NCBI GenBank assembly: GCA_964493715.1
Contig: CAZBPC010000065.1
Location: 1-19,689 of the forward strand
Source of the DNA: an uncultured archaeon
GTDB taxonomy: Archaea > Asgardarchaeota > Lokiarchaeia > Sigyniarchaeales > SOKP01
Direction of reading: 5' to 3'
DNA: 19,689 bases
Part shown: piece after piece, positions 1 to 8,919 of the stretch
Position numbering within the stretch: the first letter of the stretch is position 1
Layout of the letters: every line of letters starts with the position of its first letter
Notes under the pieces: model-generated
Told to the model about the DNA's origin: nothing
Seen by the model: the letters and a program-made list of their open reading frames with translations, nothing else
The model's database searches: none
Program-made: the position numbers and the translations under genes

Positions 1-1260
1 GCTGTTGTTGGTACTCCTTGTCAGATTCAAGCTTTAAGAAAACTCCAAAATCATCCTATCTTTGATTTTGAAGCTTTTGATTTAGTTTCATTCACAATAG
101 GTACGTTTTGCACTGGGACTTTTTATAACAAAGCTTTAACTGAGATATTTAAGGAAAATGGTCTTCAAAAAGAAGAAATTCAAAAAATTGAAACCGACCA
201 TAATAATTTCAAATTGAAAGTTATAACCAATTCAAAAACTCTAGAAATTCCATTAAATCATCTTTATGATAGGGCTATAAGAAAAGCTTGTTTTACATGT
301 TCTGACTATACTGCTTCTTTTGCTGATATATCTGTTGGAAATTTTGGAAGCGAAGAAGGTTGGGATACGTTCATAATAAGAACAGAGAAGGGTAAGCAAA
401 TATATGATTTAGCGGTTGATAAAGGAATTTTAGAATCAAAATCTCTTGATAAAGATAATGAGGAACTAATTTTAGACATCACCAGAGCTAAAACTGACTT
501 AGTAAGGATTGAGTCCATTACAGAACATTCACCGAAGATTAAGAGCTTTTGGGTAAGGAATCAAAGAATTGCTAAAGCATACAAACCCGGAATGTTTGTG
601 GTTCTCTGGGTTCCTGATATTGATTTCATGCCGATGTCCATTTCAAGAGTCGAAGGAAACCAAATAGAAATTACCGTCGAAAAGGTAGGAGAAGGTACGT
701 CCGCAATGTTCAATTTATCTAAAGGGGATTGTATTGGTATCAGGGGTCCATATGGAAATTCCTGGAATTATGAGGATGCAACAAACATACTTATTGTGGG
801 GGGAGGTATGGGGATTGCAGCAGTAACTAGCTTAATAGAACCATTAAAAACAAATAAGAAAAACGTGTTTGCAGCAATCGGGGCAAAGGATAATATATCA
901 CTAATTTTTGCAGATAGACTTATAGAACTAATCCCAAATACACTTTGTACAACAGATGATGGTTCTATTGGGAAAAAATGTTATGTAACTGATACAATTG
1001 AAGATATTATTAAGGAAAAGGAAATTGATCTTATCATAACATGTGGTCCCGAAGTGATGATGAAAAAAGTGTTGGATATTGCAGAATCACGTAAAATTCC
1101 TATTCAAGCAAGTTTAGAAAGAAAAATGAAGTGTGGAGTTGGATTATGTGGATCTTGTTGTGTAGGAAAGGATAACAATATCACAGTTTGTAAAGAAGGA
1201 CCAATTTTTACCTCTAAACAAATAAAGCAATTTCCCCAATTTGGAAATTATATTAAATAG
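1..1260 (+). CDS. Fusion of a coenzyme F420 hydrogenase/dehydrogenase beta-subunit C-terminal domain (FrhB/FdhB-C) and a PyrK-type FAD/NAD(P)/2Fe-2S electron-transfer domain; 5'-truncated by the window edge
   Basis: Frame 1 is open from base 1 (AVVGTPCQIQALRK...IGTFCTGTF), so the 214 start in the track is an artefact. FrhB-C motifs are GTPCQ, IGxFC and CxxCxDYTAxxADISVGxxGSxxGW. They are followed by PyrK/FNR motifs PGMF, PMSIS, RGPYGN, GGGMGIA, TDDGS, CGPEVMM and ERKMKCGVGLCGSC...VCKEGPIF. Confidence 0.85.
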   Translation, partial: AVVGTPCQIQALRKLQNHPIFDFEAFDLVSFTIGTFCTGTFYNKALTEIFKENGLQKEEIQKIETDHNNFKLKVITNSKTLEIPLNHLYDRAIRKACFTCSDYTASFADISVGNFGSEEGWDTFIIRTEKGKQIYDLAVDKGILESKSLDKDNEELILDITRAKTDLVRIESITEHSPKIKSFWVRNQRIAKAYKPGMFVVLWVPDIDFMPMSISRVEGNQIEITVEKVGEGTSAMFNLSKGDCIGIRGPYGNSWNYEDATNILIVGGGMGIAAVTSLIEPLKTNKKNVFAAIGAKDNISLIFADRLIELIPNTLCTTDDGSIGKKCYVTDTIEDIIKEKEIDLIITCGPEVMMKKVLDIAESRKIPIQASLERKMKCGVGLCGSCCVGKDNNITVCKEGPIFTSKQIKQFPQFGNYIK

Positions 1261-1364
1261 TTTTTCTCCTTTATTATTACATGCTTTAAATTAAATTGTT
1301 ATAGCAAGCAAGCATTTTAATTCTTTTAACTATTCTCTATCTAAATTTTTCTTTTGTATTTTTT

Positions 1365-2309
1365 ATGGATAATTACAACTTTAAGAAAGGGTTATTATAT
1401 AGCGTTATAGGGGCTTTTCTTATTGGATTACAGCCCGTTATTGCAAATTCTAGGCCTGCGAGTATTGATGCTTATATTTTTGGAGCAGTAACAGCTCTTT
1501 TTGAAGCTATTATATTTCTTCCCATTTATTTATTTGAGAGAAAAAAGTATAAATCTTTATTTAAAAATTCACAAGACAATGAAAAATATTATCTTTTACT
1601 TCATGGATGGAAAAAGAAAAGAAATCTGATTTTATTCATCATAATTGGAATCGGTTTTACATTTATTCCAGTATTTTTATATATTGGGTATGCATTAGCA
1701 GGTGCCATTAATAGCTCTCTTGCATCAAAATCTGAGATAATCTTTGCCTTAGTCTTTGGATATTTTGCTTTTAAAGAAAGAATTAATAAACTTCAAATAC
1801 TTTTTTTCTTTTTACTATTTTTTGGCTTGATATTAGCAGTAACTCAGGGCTCTTTTGATATACTTCACTTAAATTTGGGGATTATTATGATAATCTTCAC
1901 AGTAGTGTTATTTACATTTATTCATATTTTAACAAAAATTAGTTTAGATAAAAATGAGATTTTCTCTTCTCAAGTGGTATTTATTCGTAATATTTTCAGT
2001 GGAATTCTATTAATCTCAACATATTTCATCTTTTATCCCTTAGATAATTTAAATATCTTGTTAACCCCTATAAATTATGTTTATTTTACATTTATGAGTT
2101 TAGATTATGGATTTTCATTGTATACATGGTATAAAGCACTTACTTATTTCCAGATTGGTAAGACAACAATTGTGGGTTCATTGACACCAATAGTCACCGC
2201 TTTCTTCTCTTTTTTATTTTTAAACGGAATTTTTACAATTTATCATTTAATTGGTACAATTATCATTATTTTTGCAATTTTCTTAATTATACGAGAAAAG
2301 CCAGAATAA
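1365..2309 (+). CDS. EamA/DMT family transporter
   Basis: About 10 hydrophobic segments in two repeats. EamA-like motifs FGYFAFKERINK and LTPIVTAFFSFLFL...IYHLIG. Confidence 0.85.
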   Translation: MDNYNFKKGLLYSVIGAFLIGLQPVIANSRPASIDAYIFGAVTALFEAIIFLPIYLFERKKYKSLFKNSQDNEKYYLLLHGWKKKRNLILFIIIGIGFTFIPVFLYIGYALAGAINSSLASKSEIIFALVFGYFAFKERINKLQILFFFLLFFGLILAVTQGSFDILHLNLGIIMIIFTVVLFTFIHILTKISLDKNEIFSSQVVFIRNIFSGILLISTYFIFYPLDNLNILLTPINYVYFTFMSLDYGFSLYTWYKALTYFQIGKTTIVGSLTPIVTAFFSFLFLNGIFTIYHLIGTIIIIFAIFLIIREKPE

Positions 2310-2376
2310 GAGTCAAAATGATTATGACATGCATAAAAATAACGTTTTTATGCCTTATGGGTTTTTCTTTAATATA

Positions 2377-3330
2377 TTGGATAACACAAAAAAAGGTATC
2401 ATCTTTGGTATATTTGGGACTTTTTTGGTTGGGTTTCAGCCTATTATAGCAATATCACGCCCATCTGTTTTAGATGCACATCTTTTTGCTGCAATGACTT
2501 GTATAATCGAAGCTTTTATATTTCTTCCTTTGGTTCTTGGAGAAATCTATTTCCCAAAAGGGAAAAAGGATAACAATTTTAGGAGAAAAGAAAAAGTAAA
2601 GATAATTTTAAATAATTGGAAATCAAATTTTAAAACACTGATATTCATAGGGTTTATTTTTGGGCTTAATCAATTGCTATATTTCATTGGGTATGACTTT
2701 TCCGGAGCAATAAATGGCTCATTAACCCAGAAAACCACTGTTTTTTTTGGTTTAATCTTTGGTTATGCAATCTTAAAAGAGAAAGTGAATAGCCGCCAAA
2801 TTCTATTTTCAATAATTCTTTTTATAGGATTAATAATAGCAATTACTCAGGGGAAATTTTTTTCATTTGACTTGGATACTTTAGTTGGAGTGCTAATTTT
2901 ATTATTTATAACATGCTTATGGATGTATGGTCATACGATTACAAAACCCATTTTTAATAGAAGAGAAGCTACACCTACTCAGATGGTATTTTTACGTAAT
3001 TTATTAAGCGGGATTATTTTGATAGCAACATATTTCTTATTCTTCCCTTTCAGTAATTTATCTTTATTTTCAGCACCTTTAAATCAAATATATTTTGTAA
3101 GCATGGGTGTAGTTTATGGATTTGGACTCTTTTGTTGGTATAAAACACTTTCCTATTTAGATGTCTCAAAGGCAACAATTATATTTTCCCCTACACCTAT
3201 TGTCACAGCAATTTTTGCATATTTTCTACTTGGTAGAATATTTACGATTTTTCATTTAATCGGAACAATTATTGTTATTACTTCAATAATCATCATTTTA
3301 TTTAATAAGGATAAAGTTAAATCCACCTAA
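2377..3330 (+). CDS. EamA/DMT family transporter, paralog of the preceding gene
   Basis: Same architecture (GFQPIIAISRP vs GLQPVIANSRP; LKEKV; PTPIVTAIF). The in-frame TTG at 2377 (LDNTKKG) aligns with the MDNYNFKKG start of the paralog. ATG at 2329 or 2350 are alternative starts. Confidence 0.8.
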   Translation: MDNTKKGIIFGIFGTFLVGFQPIIAISRPSVLDAHLFAAMTCIIEAFIFLPLVLGEIYFPKGKKDNNFRRKEKVKIILNNWKSNFKTLIFIGFIFGLNQLLYFIGYDFSGAINGSLTQKTTVFFGLIFGYAILKEKVNSRQILFSIILFIGLIIAITQGKFFSFDLDTLVGVLILLFITCLWMYGHTITKPIFNRREATPTQMVFLRNLLSGIILIATYFLFFPFSNLSLFSAPLNQIYFVSMGVVYGFGLFCWYKTLSYLDVSKATIIFSPTPIVTAIFAYFLLGRIFTIFHLIGTIIVITSIIIILFNKDKVKST

Positions 3331-3417
3331 GTTTTAAATGACTCATTATTATTGAAAATATAGCAATTATTCACTAAATTATTAATCTAATTGAGCAAAA
3401 AGAGGTCTTAAAAAAGA

Positions 3418-4452
3418 ATGTTAAAAACGAATATTACTGAAATGTTTAATATAAAACACCCTATCTTTGCAGCACCAATGGGTCCTTTTTATACGAAGGA
3501 GTTAACTGTTGCGGTCTCTGAAGCAGGTGGTATGGGAGTTATAAGTCATACCAACCTTTTGGGGAAGGAGAGTTTTAAGGTTATGAAAGAGGATATGGAA
3601 TATGTAGTTGAACATACTGACAAACCATTTGGTTTTAATATTAGGACGGGTCGAATGCAATTTGATGCAAAAAAACTTTGTAGACAAATTCCAAAATTCA
3701 TTTTGGAGAATCAGAAAGTAAAGGAACAATGTGTTTATGCTTTAACAAGCGCGGGTTCTTCGAAAATGTTACCATTAAGCAAAAGTTTTCAAGCATTGAA
3801 GGAGAAGAGTGATATAAAACACTTTCATGTTGCTCCAGCAGCTTGGTTAGCTGATAAGTGTGTTGCATCGGGAGTTGATGGCATGGTGGTCACTGGAAGT
3901 GAAGGTGGTGGACATCAATCTTATGAAAAAACAGGCACGTTAGTGTTACTACAACAAGTATTAGAAAAACATCCTGATTTTCCTATCATTGCCTGTGGAG
4001 CTTTTGGAAATGGATATGGCCTAGCAGCAGCATTAGCAATGGGAGCAGGTGCTATTGCAATGGGTTCAAGGTTCATTGCTTCTCAAGAAAGTGAATTTCA
4101 TCAAAAATACAAGGATATTGTTCCCCCTGCAAACCCTCAAGATACTGTTTTGGTTACTGGCTTTTTGGGTCCTATTAGGTTATGGAAAAATGATTATGCT
4201 TTACACCACGGACTCATAGATAGTAAGGAGGAAAAAATGGCTGATGAAGATGGATTTACAATGGAAATGTTACTTGAAGATGGTAAGCATTATGAATCAG
4301 TATATTTAGAGGGGGACCTAAAAACTGGAGCGATACCTTTAGGTCAAAGTTGTGGATTAGTATATAGTTTAGAAAGAGTTCCAGATATAATAGATTCAAT
4401 TGTAAAAATTGCTAAAGAAAGACTTAAAAAAGCTTCTATAATCCTTCAATAA
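3418..4452 (+). CDS. Nitronate monooxygenase / FabK-like FMN-dependent enoyl reductase family protein
   Basis: Motifs LKTxITEMFNIKHPIxxAPMG, AVSEAGGMG, KPFGFN, GSEGGGH, AAALAMGA, MGSRFIASQES and GQSCGL. Confidence 0.88.
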   Translation: MLKTNITEMFNIKHPIFAAPMGPFYTKELTVAVSEAGGMGVISHTNLLGKESFKVMKEDMEYVVEHTDKPFGFNIRTGRMQFDAKKLCRQIPKFILENQKVKEQCVYALTSAGSSKMLPLSKSFQALKEKSDIKHFHVAPAAWLADKCVASGVDGMVVTGSEGGGHQSYEKTGTLVLLQQVLEKHPDFPIIACGAFGNGYGLAAALAMGAGAIAMGSRFIASQESEFHQKYKDIVPPANPQDTVLVTGFLGPIRLWKNDYALHHGLIDSKEEKMADEDGFTMEMLLEDGKHYESVYLEGDLKTGAIPLGQSCGLVYSLERVPDIIDSIVKIAKERLKKASIILQ

Positions 4453-4531
4453 TATTCAAACAAACAAAAAAATTTTTCTGAAAAGAAAGCCCGAGACACA
4501 GGACCCGTGTTCTTTAGGTTCATTAATAACC

Positions 4532-4539
4532 TTTAAATA
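4532..4539 (+). promoter_or_regulatory. Candidate archaeal TATA box upstream of the ABC operon
   Basis: TTTAAATA directly after the inverted repeat AGGTT-N7-AACCT. Other TATA-like words follow at about 4553-4570, so the assignment is ambiguous. Confidence 0.3.
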
Positions 4540-4624
4540 TACTATCAGATAATTAAATATATAAATATATAATATGATATATACAATAAATCAATTCTCT
4601 TTAAAATAAAGATGTAGGATAATT

Positions 4625-5422
4625 ATGACGAATAATGAAATGATTTCAGTTAAAAATTTGAAGAAATTCTTCGGTGAAGTTAAAGCTGTAAATGGTATTT
4701 CTTTTAACGTAAATAAAGGCGAAATTTTTGGATTGTTAGGACCTAATGGTGCAGGTAAAACTACAACCATTAAATTACTTTTAGGTCTTCTTGAATCGGA
4801 TGAAGGTGAATTAGAAGTGCTTGGGATGGATCCTGAAAGGGATGAGATTCAAATTAAAACCCATATTGGTTATGTATCTGAAGAACCACTTATATTTAAG
4901 TCTTTAACTCCTAAGGATTTATTCAATTTTGTAGCATCCATAAGAGGGATGGATCCTGAAGAAGCAACTGAGAGAGCTCAGCAATTTATGGAGATTTTAG
5001 GAGCTTCAGAATATTACAATCAACTTATCGCAACATTATCTCATGGAAACAAACAAAAAATACAGATCATTGCTGCAATATTACACGAACCGGATTTACT
5101 CATTTTAGATGAACCATTGTCAGGTCTAGATGCTAAATCCGTAAAAGTCATGAAAGAAATATTAGATTTACATTTAGAAAAAGGAGGAGCAGTTTTATTT
5201 TCCACGCATATAATGGAAATAGCTGAGGAGTTATGTGATAGAATCGGGATCATTAATAAAGGTAAAATTGTAGGGATCGGAACCATAGAACAATTAAACG
5301 AACAATCCCACAAAATTGGAGCTCGATTGGAAGATGTATTCTTAAGACTAACAGAAGAAGATGCATCAGTAGAAGAAATCGTGAAAAAACTACGAAAATC
5401 CTTCATTAATAAAAATGGATGA
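4625..5422 (+). CDS. ABC-2 type transporter ATP-binding protein (copy 1)
   Basis: Walker A GPNGAGKTT, signature LSHGNKQK, Walker B LILDEP and H-loop STH. Confidence 0.95.
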   Translation: MTNNEMISVKNLKKFFGEVKAVNGISFNVNKGEIFGLLGPNGAGKTTTIKLLLGLLESDEGELEVLGMDPERDEIQIKTHIGYVSEEPLIFKSLTPKDLFNFVASIRGMDPEEATERAQQFMEILGASEYYNQLIATLSHGNKQKIQIIAAILHEPDLLILDEPLSGLDAKSVKVMKEILDLHLEKGGAVLFSTHIMEIAEELCDRIGIINKGKIVGIGTIEQLNEQSHKIGARLEDVFLRLTEEDASVEEIVKKLRKSFINKNG

Positions 5423-5428
5423 GATTAA

Positions 5429-8044
5429 ATGACCGATCAAAAAATTAGTTTATATAAATTAGCGAAGTATACGAATCTTGAGATTGTAATGGAAGCTCAA
5501 GTACAATCTACTGGAGCAAATCAATCCAAATTGATGGAAAGATATAAGAAAAATAAAAAATCAATAAAAAATCAAGCTATTGCATTAAAAGTATCATATG
5601 GATTTCTATTAGCATTAATTACAATTGTACCAATATTTAACTATTTAAACCTTATCGAATTTTTTGGAGGATCTAGTCCTAATCCAAATGCAGGTCTCTT
5701 AGCTGGTAGCTTAATATTATCTGTTTTTTTTGCTATGCAAATAGCATATTTGTTAATTTTAGGAATGATGAATATTTCAGCTTTAATGAATGGTGAAGCA
5801 TTCCGTTGGTTCGAAACTTTACCACTTTCAAAAGACCGTTTAAATAAATTAGGATTTGTGACGGCTTTTCGGAATGTCGATATTGGTTTGATTCTTATAT
5901 CACTTGCATTTCCTATTATAATGGTAATAATTACTCAAAATTTTCTATTATTCTTTGTGAGTCTCTTAGTATCATTAATTAATGCGGTATTAGCATTTAG
6001 CATTTTAGTGATTATATCTCAAAAACTTAGTCGAATATTTCGAATCCAAGAAATAAATACTAAAAGAGCAACAACGATACGACTCATTACAATGCTAGGA
6101 TATTTTATTCTTATCTTTAGCATGTCAATTATTCTAAACGTAGCAATATCGTCAATAGGTACTTTTTACATTATGGCAAATTCAATTGATAATGCAGAAA
6201 CACTAAATATCATTTTATCTTTGATTCCTTTCCCATTATCTCCTAGTTATTTACTAACGATGTGTATAGAGCCTACTAGATTTTCGAACCTTCAATGGAT
6301 AATCACTTTAATGGGAATATTCCTCTATGCAACCTTAACTTGGTTCTTATATCGTCGAGCAGTTAAAGCAATGAGATCTGTCACCTCCTCATCTTCGATA
6401 GAAAAAAAAAGTGGTAGGAAAGTAGAGGAAAAAATTGAAGTGAAAATAGAAAAGAGATCACCTATAATGGCTTACATACGCAAAGACCTATCAATGGCAA
6501 CAAAGGATATTCAAATGCTAATGTTTATTTTTATGCCCATAGTATTACCCTTTATTATGGTTCTAACCATTACGGGAGTAACCTCATCTGAAGGGTTAGT
6601 AGCGATGGCTCAAGATTTCTTGATACTTTGGAGTATAATTGTAATTTATTTCCCAATTATTGCAATCATGCTAGTATCCGGTTTATTGAATGTAGAAGAT
6701 TCTGGAGCATCAATCCTTGCTTCTTTACCGTTAAATCCTCGAGATCAAATGAAAGCTAAGTTAATTTTAATGATTGGTATTCAATTGATCTCGTACTTCT
6801 TGCCGATCTTTTTATTATTAATGAATCCTGCTTTCCTGCCGTTTATTGGATTGTTTATTGCGTGGTATCCTATAGTACTTGTATTTTTAATGGTCATGTT
6901 CCAAATGAAAGTAAGGTTATTCGGAAAGTGTAAGTACAAATATGTTCTCGAAGAAGTAAACATAAATCATAAAGTTTGGAAGTGGGTATTTTTAATATCA
7001 ACCCAGTTCCTAATTTGCATTAGTTTTATTGTTATAGGTTCTATGTTACTTGTCTTATACAACATGGTTGTCATGACTATAACATTATTGATAATGAGCC
7101 TAGCTTCTCTCTCCATTTTATTTGTGACGCTCAAATTAATGTTTCCAAAAGAATTTGGAAAAAGAAAAATGATTGGAATCAGAGCAACTTTTAGAAAACA
7201 TCCACTGTTAGGAACTATTATACTACTGATCACCTATTTTTGCTTTCTCAATATTCCAGATTTAATGTTATCACCATTTATTCTGTTACTTAACATGTTG
7301 CCAATAATAGTTAGTAAATTAATTGGGATGCTTGTAGCACTCGGAATTTTGGGTTTATTGTGGTTTTATATTGTTCCTAAAGGTTTTAGACTTCCAAATG
7401 ATGATGAGAAATTTACAGATTTTGCTAAATCTATACGCCTTACTACTGGAGGACATTTAATTCGAAATATCCTAATTGGGATAGGAGCTTCAATTATATT
7501 TTTCCTGAGTGTGTATATCTTTGGGAATATCTATGGAACTCATAATTGGGATTTAGATGTTCTTTTTGGAGTTCCTTTTGCCCCACCATTATATGGAATT
7601 GGATGGCTCTTATTCATTTACATGCTAATTCCAGGAATATATGAAGAAGTATCATTCAGGGGGGTTATTACATCTCTCAATGAAAAAAAGTATTCTCAAA
7701 AAATAACATTAGTGATCGTTTCAGTTTTATTTGGCCTGTTTCACTTAACCAACATATTATCGGGGATGCCACCAATAGTTGTAATCCCTCAAGCATTTTA
7801 TACAGCTCTTTTAGGATTAGTTTTAGGATACATGGTAATCCGAACCAACAGTATAATCCCAGCAATTTTAACTCATTATTTAATAAACTCAGTAGGAAAG
7901 TTCTTTTACTTTATCAATTATACTGATGATCTATCACGTGTGTGGTTTTTCATTATAGGGATGGGAATTGTACCAGCAATTCTTAGTTTGCTATTTATAC
8001 GGTTTGTAACTCCTTTGAAAAAGCGAGAAATAAATATTATTTAA
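5429..8044 (+). CDS. ABC-2-type permease fused to a C-terminal CPBP (Abi/Rce1-like) intramembrane glutamic endopeptidase (copy 1)
   Basis: The N-terminal ~570 aa contain two permease-like repeats (FETLPLS; YIRKDL...LASLPL). The C-terminus has CPBP motifs EEVSFRG, FGLFH and HYLIN. The gene starts 6 nt after the ATPase stop. Confidence 0.82.
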   Translation: MTDQKISLYKLAKYTNLEIVMEAQVQSTGANQSKLMERYKKNKKSIKNQAIALKVSYGFLLALITIVPIFNYLNLIEFFGGSSPNPNAGLLAGSLILSVFFAMQIAYLLILGMMNISALMNGEAFRWFETLPLSKDRLNKLGFVTAFRNVDIGLILISLAFPIIMVIITQNFLLFFVSLLVSLINAVLAFSILVIISQKLSRIFRIQEINTKRATTIRLITMLGYFILIFSMSIILNVAISSIGTFYIMANSIDNAETLNIILSLIPFPLSPSYLLTMCIEPTRFSNLQWIITLMGIFLYATLTWFLYRRAVKAMRSVTSSSSIEKKSGRKVEEKIEVKIEKRSPIMAYIRKDLSMATKDIQMLMFIFMPIVLPFIMVLTITGVTSSEGLVAMAQDFLILWSIIVIYFPIIAIMLVSGLLNVEDSGASILASLPLNPRDQMKAKLILMIGIQLISYFLPIFLLLMNPAFLPFIGLFIAWYPIVLVFLMVMFQMKVRLFGKCKYKYVLEEVNINHKVWKWVFLISTQFLICISFIVIGSMLLVLYNMVVMTITLLIMSLASLSILFVTLKLMFPKEFGKRKMIGIRATFRKHPLLGTIILLITYFCFLNIPDLMLSPFILLLNMLPIIVSKLIGMLVALGILGLLWFYIVPKGFRLPNDDEKFTDFAKSIRLTTGGHLIRNILIGIGASIIFFLSVYIFGNIYGTHNWDLDVLFGVPFAPPLYGIGWLLFIYMLIPGIYEEVSFRGVITSLNEKKYSQKITLVIVSVLFGLFHLTNILSGMPPIVVIPQAFYTALLGLVLGYMVIRTNSIIPAILTHYLINSVGKFFYFINYTDDLSRVWFFIIGMGIVPAILSLLFIRFVTPLKKREINII

Positions 8045-8060
8045 TTAAATTTTCAACATC

Positions 8061-8069
8061 TTTTTTTTT
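8061..8069 (+). terminator. Oligo-T archaeal terminator candidate
   Basis: T9 run 16 nt after the stop at 8044. Confidence 0.4.
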
Positions 8070-8113
8070 ATCCTTTAATAAAATATATTGATTATTTGAA
8101 AATGTGATTAATA

Positions 8114-8908
8114 TTGTTAGATAATTCCACGATTGAAGTAAACAGCCTTAAAAAGTACTTTGGAGATGTTAAAGCTGTAGATGGGATTAGTTTTGCTGTG
8201 AAAAAAGGGGAGGTCTTCGGACTTTTAGGCCCAAATGGTGCTGGTAAAACTACAACGATAAAACTATTGCTGGGTTTATTAGATCCAAATGAAGGAGAAA
8301 TGAAAGTATTAGGATTAAATCCTAATAAGGATGCTATTGAAATTAAAAGAAGAATTGGTTATGTGTCAGAAGATCCTTTAATTTTTAAATCTCTTACTCC
8401 AAAAGACTTGTTTAACCTAATTGCCTCAATTAGAGGGCTTGATCCAGAGTACGTGTTAGATCGTGCTCAAGTATACTTAGAAAGTGTAGGAGCACTAGAA
8501 TATTTTGAACAACTCATAGCCACATTATCTCATGGGAATAAACAAAAAATACAAGTGATTGCAGCTATTCTCCATGATCCTGAAATTCTCATTCTTGATG
8601 AGCCTCTTTCTGGTCTTGACGCAAAATCGGTAAAGGTTATTAAAGAAATTCTTGATCTACATACAGAAAGAGGTGGTTCGGTTTTATTTTCTACGCATAT
8701 AATGGAAATAGCTGAGGAAATATGTGATAGAATCGGGATCATTAATAAAGGTAAAATGGTAGGAATTGGAACAATTGAGGAGCTCAACACCCAATCAAAC
8801 AAAATTGGTGCTCGATTGGAAGATATCTTCTTAAAATTAACAGAGCAAGATAGTTCAATAGAAGAAATCGTGAAAAAATTACGAAAATCTTTTAAAGAAG
8901 GAATTTAG
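8114..8908 (+). CDS. ABC-2 type transporter ATP-binding protein (copy 2)
   Basis: TTG start. Same motifs as copy 1 (GPNGAGKTT, LSHGNKQK, LILDEP, STH) and colinear with it. Confidence 0.95.
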   Translation: MLDNSTIEVNSLKKYFGDVKAVDGISFAVKKGEVFGLLGPNGAGKTTTIKLLLGLLDPNEGEMKVLGLNPNKDAIEIKRRIGYVSEDPLIFKSLTPKDLFNLIASIRGLDPEYVLDRAQVYLESVGALEYFEQLIATLSHGNKQKIQVIAAILHDPEILILDEPLSGLDAKSVKVIKEILDLHTERGGSVLFSTHIMEIAEEICDRIGIINKGKMVGIGTIEELNTQSNKIGARLEDIFLKLTEQDSSIEEIVKKLRKSFKEGI

Positions 8909-8919
8909 GAGTATAGATA

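Noticed and set aside
214-216. TTG start given in the ORF track
   Set aside because: The frame is open to base 1 and conserved FrhB motifs lie upstream of it.
4540-4585. TATATA-rich palindromes as a transcription-factor operator
   Set aside because: Low-complexity AT sequence produces such symmetry by chance.
5041-8802. Similar antisense ORFs at 5041-5406 and 8530-8802
   Set aside because: They are mirror frames of the paralogous ATPases, so their similarity is a by-product.
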